DNA of 64,000 nucleotides from Octopus bimaculoides (taxonomy: Eukaryota): contig NC_068991.1 of the NCBI RefSeq assembly GCF_001194135.2, positions 34,956,207 through 35,020,206 on the forward strand. The letters are read 5' to 3'. The notes beneath the pieces are model-generated. The model did no database searches, was not told where the DNA came from, and saw only the letters and a list, made by a program, of their open reading frames with translations. The stretch's first letter is position 1. Every line of letters begins with the position of its first letter. This document shows positions 49,479 to 60,569 of the stretch, one piece after another. A program made the position numbers and the translations under genes.

Positions 49479-49653
49479 GGGCAGGTGTGGCTGTGTATTA
49501 AGATGCTTGCTTCCAAACCACATGGTTCTGGTTTCAGTCCCACTGTGTGACACCATGGGCCAGTGACTACTACTATAGTCTTGGGCCAACCAAAGCCTTG
49601 TGAGTGGATCAGGTAGACAGAAACTGAAAAAGACCATCATATATATATATATA

Positions 49654-49698
<45 letters not shown>

Positions 49699-49921
49699 GT
49701 ATGTGTATCTTTGCATTTGTATTTGTCCCCTACCACCACTTGAAACTGGTGTTGATTTGTTTACATCCCCGTAACCTGGCAGTTCAAAAGAGACTGATAA
49801 AATAAATAACAGGCTCAAAAAAAAATACTGGGGTCAATTCGTTCAACTAAAAATATCTCTTCAAGGTAGTACCCCAGCATGGCCACAGTCTAATCACTGA
49901 AACAAGTAAAAGATAAAAGAT
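49479..49921 (+). mobile_element. Full-length tRNA-derived SINE with internal microsatellite
   Basis: Same family as 10456-10834. Confidence 0.85.
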
Positions 49922-52493
49922 TTAATCGATGCCAGCATGGAAAATAGACATGTGATGATGATGATGATGGACGATGACATCAGCAACTTGGAATGCAGAG
50001 ATAAGCAATCCCTGATAAGTCATTAAGAAAATGAAACTTTGACTTGATCCACACTGCAAACCCTAAGATTTAAACACTTGGCTTACTTTCACACTATGAA
50101 TATATGGATATGACTCCATCCACACAGTGATCTGTTTATCATCATCATTTTATATCTTGTTATATATAACATTGATGTATACACCTTCCTACTATCCCCT
50201 TTTCCCTGGGCACTGTCCCTGCACCCATACCACCCAGTCAAGTATTCCTCACATCACCTTACCTGCCACCTTTTAACAATCATCCCTCTGACACATATTA
50301 CATCCCCTAACTCTTTATTTGCTACCAGTAACAGCCTTCCTTCCATCCCTCATTTTCTTTATTATCTCTTTCCATGTGCCTCCAGCTATTCTCCCTACCC
50401 ACTCCTCTGCTATGTTTCATCTTAACACCTCATATTTCATCACATATCCATCATCATTCCCAATGCTCTCTCATGTCTACTACCACACCTACCCTCTATA
50501 GCTCCTCTATATATCTCTACATTTCCCTCCCAACCACTCCTATGCCTTGCTCATCATCTCCTCCCTGAACTATCATCTTTGAGCCACTACAATCTCTCTC
50601 GTCTCACCCACCACCCATACTATTTCCCATCAAGCTGCACTACTCCTGTGCAACACTCACAACATTCACTTCTACCTCCATCTCTAACTATTTGGTACAC
50701 TTCCCTTACAGTTTTATAACTGCCCCTCTGCTCCTATTCTACTTCCCATATTATCTCTTGCTTCTTAAGGGTTTTGCTCTAGCACCCCATCACTATCATC
50801 TTACCTTTACCCAGATACCTCTAACCACCCTTATATAAATGTATCTTCTCTACAGCAAGATACTCTGCTTGTCCCTGACATAAAAACCATCCCTCCAATC
50901 AGTATGGTTGGTTATATGAAGGGCATCCAGTCAAAGAAACTAAGCCAAAAGTGAAATGTATGAGTAAGATGTAACCACCAACCTACCTAGAACAGCAGTA
51001 ACTCTATGTAAGAACTGATGCAGATTGTGGAAATCCATCTCACCCTTGCAAGTATGGAAATGCCCTAATTTCATTTACTTTGCCCTCTTTTTTTCTTTGG
51101 TGATAATTTATGAAGCAAAATGTCTACCTTTATTATATGGAAAACTTGAATTGAGATGCACTGAAGTAAATAATCAACGAATTTTGAAACAGGATGACTG
51201 ATTGGGTCTAGTTTCTTCTGAAAATTTTGGAAGAGAATAATTTGTTTAGACCTATAGTCAAGCAGTGTCACTTAATTTTTAACCTGACTAGTATTATTTT
51301 ATATGAATTGGGATTGATATACATTGTAACATTAAAAACTACTGGAAAGCAGTTTTATAAGACATGTTTGCATCACATGCCAGTAACCTAAAAGCCTGAT
51401 TTAGTATATACTGTAACACCTGATGCACTACATACCACTTAAAACCTGATCTTGTGTATGAGATGCAAGCTAATCTGAGAGAAAAGTGAATGTTTAATGA
51501 ATTTTTTAAATAAAAGTGATAAATGGACCTAATATCATTAATTAATTTTCAAATCCATCATTAAGAAAGGCATAAAGCCACATAAATAAGAATCTAATTG
51601 TGTGCAATGAGTACCAATGTCACATCTATTTCTTCATTTTTGCACAATTCCACAGTGCTTCAACATGCATAAATGGATCAATGAAATGCAGGTTGTGATT
51701 AACCTTCAGGTACAGAAAAACCAATTTAATTGATGGTGTTGTATGACACCTAGAGATGGTTTAAAACTGTTGTTATTTGAAAAATATAATGTTGCAGAAT
51801 ATCTGGCAGCATTGCAATTATTTCATCATTTAGTGCAACCAGAAGACACCTAGATCTAACTTCAAAAACATCCAAAAACCTACATTGTGCCTGAGTGACA
51901 AATGTGCTCTCATCAGTTTTAACAGTGACACTGACTCACCAATTTGAAGTAGATTTTGTATAATGTGCTCTGTGCATATATCACAGCAGTAGTTCTAGTT
52001 CATTACAGTCTCTGATGCTTCCATAATCACAATGCTATACACACAATGATATGTGAGATTGTCAACCAGCACAGAAGGTTGTTTTCTTAAGAAAATCATG
52101 TCTGCACAATCAGGTCAAGATCAAAGTCATGAAGAAGCCAGAATTTTGTGTATTTAATGATAATCATTCTCTCTTCTGTTAACATTTGATATACTTAGGT
52201 AGTTAATAGCCATGTTTTACTCACATTGATTAGTAATGTAACCAAATTATTCAATAACAACAATGTTACACTGGATGTTTTAAATTATCAAGCCAACACT
52301 CTATTGTCCAATGTCTTAATCTTGTAGGAAACTCTCAGTAAGACACAAGTTTCGATTAGGAAGAATATCTTCCAGTCCAACATAGATAGACAGCTGTAAC
52401 AGAGAACAGAAGATTGTTGTTGTTTAGCCCCAATCAAGCAGACCTATTACCAAAGATGCTCCATTCATGATCATTCCCTTTTTTAATCAGAAA

Positions 52494-52800
52494 CTAATGG
52501 GTTGGTCAAAAAGTCCTTTTGGTCTTTTAAGCAGAAACAAGGTACAAGTTTTAAAACACAAAGAGATTTATTCGATCAGAGACATAATCACTGGTTCATT
52601 TTGATATTTTCTGCAACATTGTGGGCAGATCTATTATTCCCTGCTCAAAGAATTTCCTGTCTTTACAGGTAAAAAAAACTCTTCCAGATGAATTTTTACA
52701 TCCTCTTCAGTGTTGAAGGTTTGTCTATTCAATGAATTCTGAAGAGACAAAAAATAGGTGGAAATCTGATGGTGCAAGGTGAAGTGAATGTAGTGTCAAT
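52494..52800 (-). mobile_element. Mariner 3' end remnant with TIR-like terminus
   Basis: Minus-strand APSDFHLFF(V)SLQNSL-type sequence and TFNTEEDVKIHLEEFF. TAATGGGTTGGTCAAAAAG terminus. Confidence 0.7.
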
Positions 52801-52849
52801 AATGTTTGTTTTAATTCTCTATTTTCAGAGTGATCCCAAGCACACAAAA

Positions 52850-53150
52850 TACAACCTGCCGCATTGTAAGTTCTCGTTGAACTACATTGAATTGCCATAT
52901 ATCTAACGGGTACACATGCACAAGGGATACACTGGAGTCAGCTATTCACAAACAAGGTACCAAATCTTTCCCTTGGTTTAATGTAGGCAGTTCCATCACA
53001 ACTCATCAACAGAAATGCACAAAAGCAGAGATGAGGCACGTGTCCCAAACAGTTGTCATATTCATCCAAGTCCATCTGAATTGTCAAAGCCAGTACCATT
53101 TTTTAAGATGGACAGTGCCACACATCCAGAGGGCTAAGCCAACCACACAG
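52850..53150 (-). mobile_element. Possible decayed non-LTR APE N-terminus, with a GC-richer putative 5' UTR at 53200-54080
   Basis: Faint similarity of RFGTLFVNS*LQCIPCACVPVRYMAIQ to APE GVGFLVN...RLM segments. Inference only. Confidence 0.3.
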
Positions 53151-53439
53151 GAAACAACATCTGAAACCCAACTGGCAACCCAATTCTGACATGGGCAGCA
53201 GGCCCCCTGACACCTCACCAGCCAGACAGACATGCTTCAAGCCAACAAAAAGCTTCTACAGTCGAATTAGGCAAGTGACCACCCTCTGAGTGCACTAAGT
53301 GTCACAGAGGTGCTCTCTCTTTAAGCCTATCCTGTGAATGTAGGCTATTTCCCTCCTGACACCAAGCTTTTGTGGACTAAGTCACATGCTTAGGGGGTAC
53401 ATCCATCAGCCCAGTAATCACTCACCAACAGTCTAGGTA

Positions 53440-53660
53440 GATCATAACTGCACTTAAACATCTGGTGTATTAAGGTGGGTGGTGCCACCAGGATCTAGTC
53501 AACTACTCACCAAGGGGCCATAAGAGGCACACCAATGTATTCTGAATGCACATTTTGCTGGTCAGGCATTACACCCAGTTAACGAGTCAAGGTCAGCAGA
53601 GTAAGTGGATCATAACTACACTTAAATGCCCGGTGTATTAGGGTGAATGATGCCACTGGG
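53440..53660 (+). repeat. Two diverged copies of a 53-nt pseudoknot-forming motif
   Basis: 53440-53492 and 53608-53660 follow GATCATAACTRCACTTAAAYRYCYGGTGTATTARGGTGRRTGRTGCCAC. Both keep S1 (TRCAC/GTGTA) and S2 (5 bp with RGGTG). Confidence 0.7.
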
Positions 53661-54114
53661 GTCATTGGGTCCCAGATCATTGGGTCAGTGGGGGTTATTG
53701 GCGGTTAATGGGATCAGTGGTCCCAGATCCAACTAGCTTCCAGTAACCCTGAAGCAGATCAACGGCAGCCAAAGTGGCTTCAAACGCCAAGGTGGTCAGA
53801 TCATAACACGGGGGTAGCTCCAACCGTCACTATACCGACAGGGTGGGACATTTTCAATACTCCATGATGACCCATCAAAACTGTGAGCCCTGCTTTTACG
53901 ACTTAGCCAGGTCGTCACATCGAGGCCTTGATCCGAAGTGGCTGGTCGTCACATGGAGGCCTTGTCTAAATTAATAGATTCCAGCGCTTTAAGTTGACTC
54001 AATGTGGAAGGACCACATTGGCATGATTGCCCCTTCCCAACACAGCTGCAACCACGGGTGGAAGGTAATGCAGAGCACTTGAAGTTTAGTGTTGACAAAA
54101 ACTAAAGATTTTTT

Positions 54115-54885
54115 TTTTTAGGAAATGAATATGAAAACAAAAATGCCCGGAAAGCAACGGGGTGGGGAAGGACTTTGGAAAATTCCCAAATTTCACAAGA
54201 TCCGAGTTTTTCCCTGGTAACTTTAAGGAAAATGGATATCTTTTAATGAGATTGTNNNNNNNNNNNNNNNNNNNNNNNNNNNNNNNNNNNNNNNNNNNNN
54301 NNNNNNNNNNNNNNNNNNNNNNNNNNNNNNNNNNNNNNNNNNNNNNNNNNNNNNNNNNNNNNNNNNNNNNNNNNNNNNNNNNNNNNNNNNNNNNNNNNNN
54401 NNNNNNNNNNNNNNNNNNNNNNNNNNNNNNNNNNNNNNNNNNNNNNNNNNNNNNNNNNNNNNNNNNNNNNNNNNNNNNNNNNNNNNNNNNNNNNNNNNNN
54501 NNNNNNNNNNNNNNNNNNNNNNNNNNNNNNNNNNNNNNNNNNNNNNNNNNNNNNNNNNNNNNNNNNNNNNNNNNNNNNNNNNNNNNNNNNNNNNNNNNNN
54601 NNNNNNNNNNNNNNNNNNNNNNNNNNNNNNNNNNNNNNNNNNNNNNNNNNNNNNNNNNNNNNNNNNNNNNNNNNNNNNNNNNNNNNNNNNNNNNNNNNNN
54701 NNNNNNNNNNNNNNNNNNNNNNNNNNNNNNNNNNNNNNNNNNNNNNNNNNNNNNNNNNNNNNNNNNNNNNNNNNNNNNNNNNNNNNNNNNNNNNNNNNNN
54801 NNNNNNNNNNNNNNNNNNNNNNNNNNNNNNNNNNNNNNNNNNNNNNNNNNNNNNNNNNNNNNNNNNNNNNNNNNNNNNNNNNNNN

Positions 54886-54921
<36 letters not shown>

Positions 54922-55120
54922 GAAGGACCTGAACCCTTCAAAGGGATGTTTAGCATCCAAGTTCCTGAGGAGAAGCCTAATTTGTGATTTCAAAAGGATC
55001 ATATTTTCTTCAGCTACGAGGGAAAAACTCGGATCTTGCGAATCTTGTGAATTTTCCGAAGGCCTCTCCCCACACCCCCGTTGCTTTCCGGGATTTTTTG
55101 TTTTCATATTCGTTTCCTAC
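54115..55120. repeat. ~140-bp inverted repeats flanking an assembly gap (54256-54885)
   Basis: 54115-54255 is a diverged reverse complement of 54980-55120. Confidence 0.7.
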
Positions 55121-56487
55121 ACCTTTTTTGTTACACCCGTTATACTATTTTTTTTTCTTTTTGATTTCGTTTCCGGGTAACGATGTCAACATTAACCAAC
55201 TACAGTAATCTGTTCTCCCTTATTCAAGACGATCGGGTAGAATTTGGGGGATATTTGGCTACTATTCTATCAATTCAGACGACCAAGTAGAAGCTCTTCC
55301 GTTGTGATCTCCGATCGACAACTAAGAAAATGTACCGCAACACAAGCAGTATTAATATATAGATACTATTGTAATATGAGGGCCCAAAAATCAGGATGAG
55401 AGATAATAAAAGATAATTAAAAAAGACTGAAAACAAACGAAATTGGAAAATGGTACTATTACGTTACATAGTGAATTATTTTTAGAATATATCAACGATG
55501 AATTTAATTCAAATGATAAATTTGTTAGTAATACTCAGAACTTCATATACCCGTTAATTGACGTCTCCACCAATATGAAAACACCTGCAAAAAGTGTAAA
55601 CAATCTTTCAAAACCATGTGTTAATTACACAAAAATGATACCCTTTAAGCTCAATACATAACGAGCACTTTCAACTGAATAAATATACATTTCTCCTTAT
55701 AAATACTTTTCTTGTTAAATCCTTCGACACTTGTGGAACGGAATCCAGTATAACGACAGCACCTAATATTTGTGTATATGGATTTTAGTGAGCAGCAGAA
55801 AACCTGAGAGATTTTTCTATACTCATGTAATTCATTTTGAATTCATACCTTGTTGCAATCGACTTTACATTCTAGGGCTGATAAAATAAATACAAGCCAA
55901 ATACTAAATTACATACTAAAGTAAGTACTATATTAACAAAGACGCACTCTACCCTTGTACTTGGTCTACGTCAATTCAATATTTTACTTCACGCTAAAGC
56001 GATCTCGCAATTGCATTTGGTTTCACTTTGTTGCCCAGATTACCTAAAGAATGATCGAAAGACCACCCCTCTGGTGATATTTAATAAAGTCAGTTGCATA
56101 ATTTTACATAACCGTCAGTTTCTGTTGATGGATGGAACAGTGATATGTCAGTTGGTTTTAGCGATAGAAGTCAAACCAACTGACAAATATAAAAATGGAT
56201 AGAACAAAGGCATTAAAACTACTTCAGTACAACGAGGAGGAATTTTAACATCATTAATTCTACTTTTATACACACAACTGAAAAAGTACATTTTTCCATA
56301 TATAGAGAAGAGGTTTGGGCATAGTTTGTAAGTACCATGAACGAAACTCTAAACACTTGAGTCACTTCGTGTCTTTTGATTTAAAAAATAAAACGGGGAA
56401 CAAAGAATGCACTGGGCTTGAAATTGTATCTGTTAACAGACACATCGTTATTTCAAAGAAGTAAAAGAATCATTATCAAACACATAC

Positions 56488-56543
56488 CAGTTATCAACAA
56501 ATTTATCAGACATATAATCATCTTCTTCAGTTTCTGTGGACAT
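56488..56543 (-). CDS. GPATCH11: GPATCH11 coding exon 1: MSTETEEDDYMSDKFVDN(C)
   Basis: ATG at 56543-56541, EEDDYMSDxF N-terminal signature of GPATCH11, |GTATGT donor at 56487, phase-2 join gives C-VNLRPGL. Confidence 0.93.
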
Positions 56544-56700
56544 TTCTATATAAAAACAAATAATTTCAGAAATAAAAATAATGGCGGTGAATGCGGAGGA
56601 AGGGAGATAACTGTATTGTGAACACACTGCTGTGTATTTTGGATGTCTCAACCCCTCATCCAGTCTTTATTCGCCGACAATCTGTTTACATCGTTACCTA
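56544..56700 (-). promoter_or_regulatory. GPATCH11 5' UTR/proximal promoter with YY1-like CCGCCATT
   Basis: CCGCCATT on the minus strand at 56587-56580, ~40 nt upstream of the ATG, in CpG-retaining unique sequence. Confidence 0.4.
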
Positions 56701-57619
56701 ATCTTTATTCACCTACCATCTCAATACATGCCAGTTTCTGTATCTTCCCTGAATGAGAAATCTAAATGAAAAATCAATAACTTAGCTGTATTTGATAACA
56801 TCACAATATAAAACACTTTAAAACTCAAGAGAATATTGTTTCCAACCCAGGGCTTCTATATGGGTTGATAAAAGATCTTCAGTTTTATTGAGGAGCCATC
56901 TCCACGAATTGCTTTTTTTTGTCTAAGATTACATGTGTCTTTAAACCATTGACTACTTTTATTTTCACAGAAACATACATCATGGCTTGCACACCAAACA
57001 CTGCAGTCCCCATTCATCCCTACCTCTTTTAAAACATGGGAAATTACTCTACAAATTTGGGTAGTTTGTATATAGGGTTTGCTTTTTCATGTCCTGGAAA
57101 AATATAGTAAATTGTAAGCGCTTGATGCAGTAAAAAGGGATGAACCCACAACCAAGACTGAGATCAAATATCCTCAATGCAAGTCAAAGACTGCTCAATC
57201 ACCCAACATTACCAAACTTTCAACACACATAATACAAAAGGGTTACGTTAAGGTCCAAATTGATAAAATACCCCTAAATGCAGAACAAAATAAATACTCA
57301 ATGAGGAAAAAAATGGCACACTTTCAACATTTCATTTATAGCTTTAATAAGGCACACAGGAAACAGTATATGGTAGTACACACTAACCCCCCCCCCCACA
57401 CACACACACACACACAAACACTGCATAGCTATAAACATAACTTAGTTAACAAAAACAAAACAAGACCTATATGGTTTCTCTTTACCTTTGTCATGGTATT
57501 ATGTAGTGTTTCATCAATGCTGCTATGGTAGCTGGTTGAGTTAATGAATGAAAATATGTTTCTTGATTATGTGAAAAATAACTGAATAACACTAGCAAAC
57601 ATTTAATTGAAGTATTTAT

Positions 57620-57820
57620 TACATTATTTACATTTGACGGATATTTGTCCTCATCTTGTTTGTTGTTAACGTTTCAGCTGATTTACCCTCCAGCCTTCAT
57701 CAGGTGCCTTGGGGAAATTTCGAACTTGGGTTTTCATTCCTAAGGTATTTTTCGTTGTTGTTGTTGTTGTTCAAATGTAAATAATGTACATAATTCCTCA
57801 ACTCTTAAATATAGAACTAA
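57620..57820 (-). mobile_element. Penelope-type terminal repeat fragment containing a minimal hammerhead motif (57668-57707)
   Basis: GCAC-CTGATGA-AGGCTG(GAGGGTAAAT)CAGCT-GAAAC-GTT on the minus strand. CAAATGTAAATAATGTA occurs in inverted orientation at ~57625-57641 and 57772-57788. Confidence 0.6.
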
Positions 57821-57889
57821 AGTATTTATTATTGCACATAAAGACAAATTGCATTGGCCATTTACAGTTAACAACAGCAATAATTACAG

Positions 57890-58400
57890 ACTTGAGGTGG
57901 TTGATAGTTTCTGAAAGTATTGTTTCTAGAATAGGATGGAGGAAGTTCAGAGAGTTACTACCTCTGTTGGCAACAAAGGGACTCTCTCTCTCAGAGCGAA
58001 AGGTAGATTGTATGATGCTTGTGTATGAACAGTTATACTCCATGGTAACGAGATATGGGCTTTGATTGCAGAGGACATGCATGGACTACAAAGGAATGAA
58101 GGTAGTATTCTCTGCTGGATATGCAGCATCAATGTGCATGAACAACAAAGTGTAAATGTGTTGAAAGAAAAGTTGGGCATAAGAGCAATGAAATGCAGTA
58201 TGCAAGAGAGGAGACTAGATTGGTTTGGACATGCAATGAAGATGGCTGCATAAAGAAGTACTGGTCACAGAAAGTGGATGGTACCTGTGGAAGAGGAAAA
58301 CACAGGAAGACATGGGATGAAGTGGTGAGGACCGATCTCAGGATGTTGGGGTTCACAAAAGAAACGACAATGGACCGAGATGTCCAGTGATATGAGATTC
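57890..58400 (+). mobile_element. RTE 3' coding fragment
   Basis: VSRIGWRKFRELLPLLATKGLSL (ORF 57784-58065) and RRLDWFGHAMKM (ORF 58062-58253). Confidence 0.88.
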
Positions 58401-58843
58401 TAGAGAATACCTACCCATGTCAGTGAAACTGAGTTCTAGAAGAGTTGTGTTCCACCCACATGTAACAATAAAATTTTCACACACCCTACCCCAACATACC
58501 AAACTACATCTCCTCTCTCTAATTGTATCTCTTCTCTTCTTCACATTTTCCCCTCGTATATTATGATTATCTCCCACTCCCCAATCCTGTACTCACTGTA
58601 TCACTGCTTTCCCCACCCTCTCTATATACCCAAATCCTCACCAGTCACAATCTTCTTCACCCCCACTCCTTACTCCTATATTATGACCTCTATACCTTGA
58701 GAGTATGCCCCAGCACCTGCCACCATTTACCTCTCACATCCTTACTTTACTATCCCATCTATGCCTTATCCCCTCTATTTGCAAGTATACCTGGCACCTT
58801 GCCACCATCTCTCTCCTGTTCTTTCTTGTACCCTTCCTTCTCC

Positions 58844-58888
<45 letters not shown>

Positions 58889-59605
58889 CTTGCTCTTCCC
58901 TCTAACCGGATAACTATGTATTTCCTCTACAGCAACATACCAGTTTCTGCTCTCATTTTTAATCACTCTCTCTCCCTCCTTTTCTTGCTCTTACCTCTGG
59001 CTAGCTAACCATGTATCTCCTTTACAGCAGCACACCTGTTTCTGTCCTCTTTCTTGTTAACTCTCTTTCCCTCCCTTTCCTTCTCTCTCCCTCCCTTTCC
59101 CTTTCTCTCCCTCTCTTTCTCCTATCTCCCTCCATTTCTCTTCCTCCTCCTTTCCCCCCTCTCTCTGGCTGGGTAACCATGTACCTCTTCTACAGCAAGA
59201 CACCTGTTTCTGTCTCTCTATCATACTTTAACCATTCATCATCTGACACAAGATCTCCTCCTCCGATGATCCCATCCCCTCTCAAAGATTCCTTGTCTTA
59301 CATAGTTACATGCTGACCCTACCAGTGCTGGTGTCACCTTAAAAAGTATCCAGTCCACACTGTAAAGTGGTCGGCATTTGGAAAGGCATCCAACTACAAA
59401 AACCATGCCAAAACTGACCTTACTTGTGCTGGTGCCTCATAAAAATCACTCAGCCCACTCTGCTGTTAGGAAGGGAATCCATTTGTAAAAAACCATGCCA
59501 AAACAGCTACAGAAGTATGGTGCAGGCTTCTGCCTGGCCAACACCTGTCAAACTGTCCATCCCATGCCAGCACAGAAGGAGGACATTAAACAATGATAAT
59601 GATGG
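58400..59605 (+). repeat. Pyrimidine-rich RTE-associated region with (CT)n, three ~45-bp module copies and tail repeat
   Basis: TAACYATGTA..TC.T.TACAGCA..ACACCTGTTTCTG at ~58911, ~59006 and ~59174, with the shared tail at 59320-59605. Confidence 0.6.
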
Positions 59606-59689
59606 GAGATAAGAAAAAACCATGCCACATTCAAAGAAGTTACTTATGAGACATTATGTGAATGTTTAGTTCAGTCTGTTCTTGACCCT

Positions 59690-60480
59690 AGAGTTGTCTG
59701 CACAAATGTCTGGAACCATGAGATGTGGCAAGAATGGAGGCACATATCACTGTGCTGCATTCAACATTCTGGCTGACAAGCCATGTGAATGAGTCAGCCA
59801 CTCTCAACACTTTCATAGGGTACAAGAAGAGTCCAGAAGATTGAACCATGCAATAGCATCATACTGATTGGTTGCTTATTTGATTGCAATCAGAAAACCA
59901 CTACTTTCAAAAACAAACATTGCAAAGAGTGGAGTAAAAACCTACAAAATTGGTCCCTGGAGCAGTGGAAGAATGTTATTTTCTCGGACAAGTCATCTCT
60001 TACCTTATTTCCAACCACCGGCTGAGTATATGTGTACAGACAGCCAAAAGAAGCATTTGCCTTCTTCCAACTGTTAAAGATGGAGGAGGATCTGTGATGA
60101 TCTGGTGGGGATATATCTTGGAAATCTGCCAGCCCAATGGTTTCCCTTCGTAGCAGAATTAAAAGTGAAGATTATTTAAGCATTTTATCTTATCAAATTC
60201 ATCCTATGGTTGTGGAACTGTTTCCGGAAGGAAATGCAATCTTTCAGGATGATAATGCACCAATTCACACAGCTAAAGTTGTTATTGAATGGCATGAGGA
60301 ACATTCTAATGAAGTTGAACATCTTATCTGGCCACCACAGTCTCCAGATCTCAATATTATTGAACATTTATGGTGCATTTTAGAAAAACAAGTAAGGAGT
60401 CAATATCCTCTACCATCATACTACAAGAACTGGAGACTGTTTTGGCTAAAGAATGGAGTGTCAACATGTAATTTTTTTGG
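59690..60480 (+). mobile_element. Tc1-family transposase remnant (DD34E-type)
   Basis: ORF 60137-60535 reads IFQDDNAPIHTAKVV...LIWPPQSPDLNIIEHLW. KDGGGSVMIWW lies upstream. Confidence 0.92.
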
Positions 60481-60569
60481 ATTAATTTATACTGCATACA
60501 AAAATACAGACATACTATATACGGTATGTTATTAAACACACACACATCTACACATACAGAGGCATACCT

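Noticed and set aside
52330-52385. Minus-strand CTGGAAGA...GAAACTTGTGTC as a hammerhead
   Set aside because: It needs an insertion in the core and has weak stems, so it is compatible with chance in AT-rich DNA.
6268-55107. Long ORFs in the track that span N-runs (e.g. 6268-6870, 23388-24111, 36564-37769, 42569-43122, 46730-47452, 54162-55107)
   Set aside because: They are artefacts of translating assembly gaps as X.
55205-55330. CpG-containing stretch with a 19-bp imperfect direct repeat as a snRNA/snoRNA
   Set aside because: No match to U1-U12, U3 or U8 hallmarks that I know, and no clear box motifs.
56581-56610. Plus-strand ATGGCGGTG start as a divergent gene
   Set aside because: The frame closes after 9 codons (TAA) with no donor site. 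It is better explained as a YY1-like motif.
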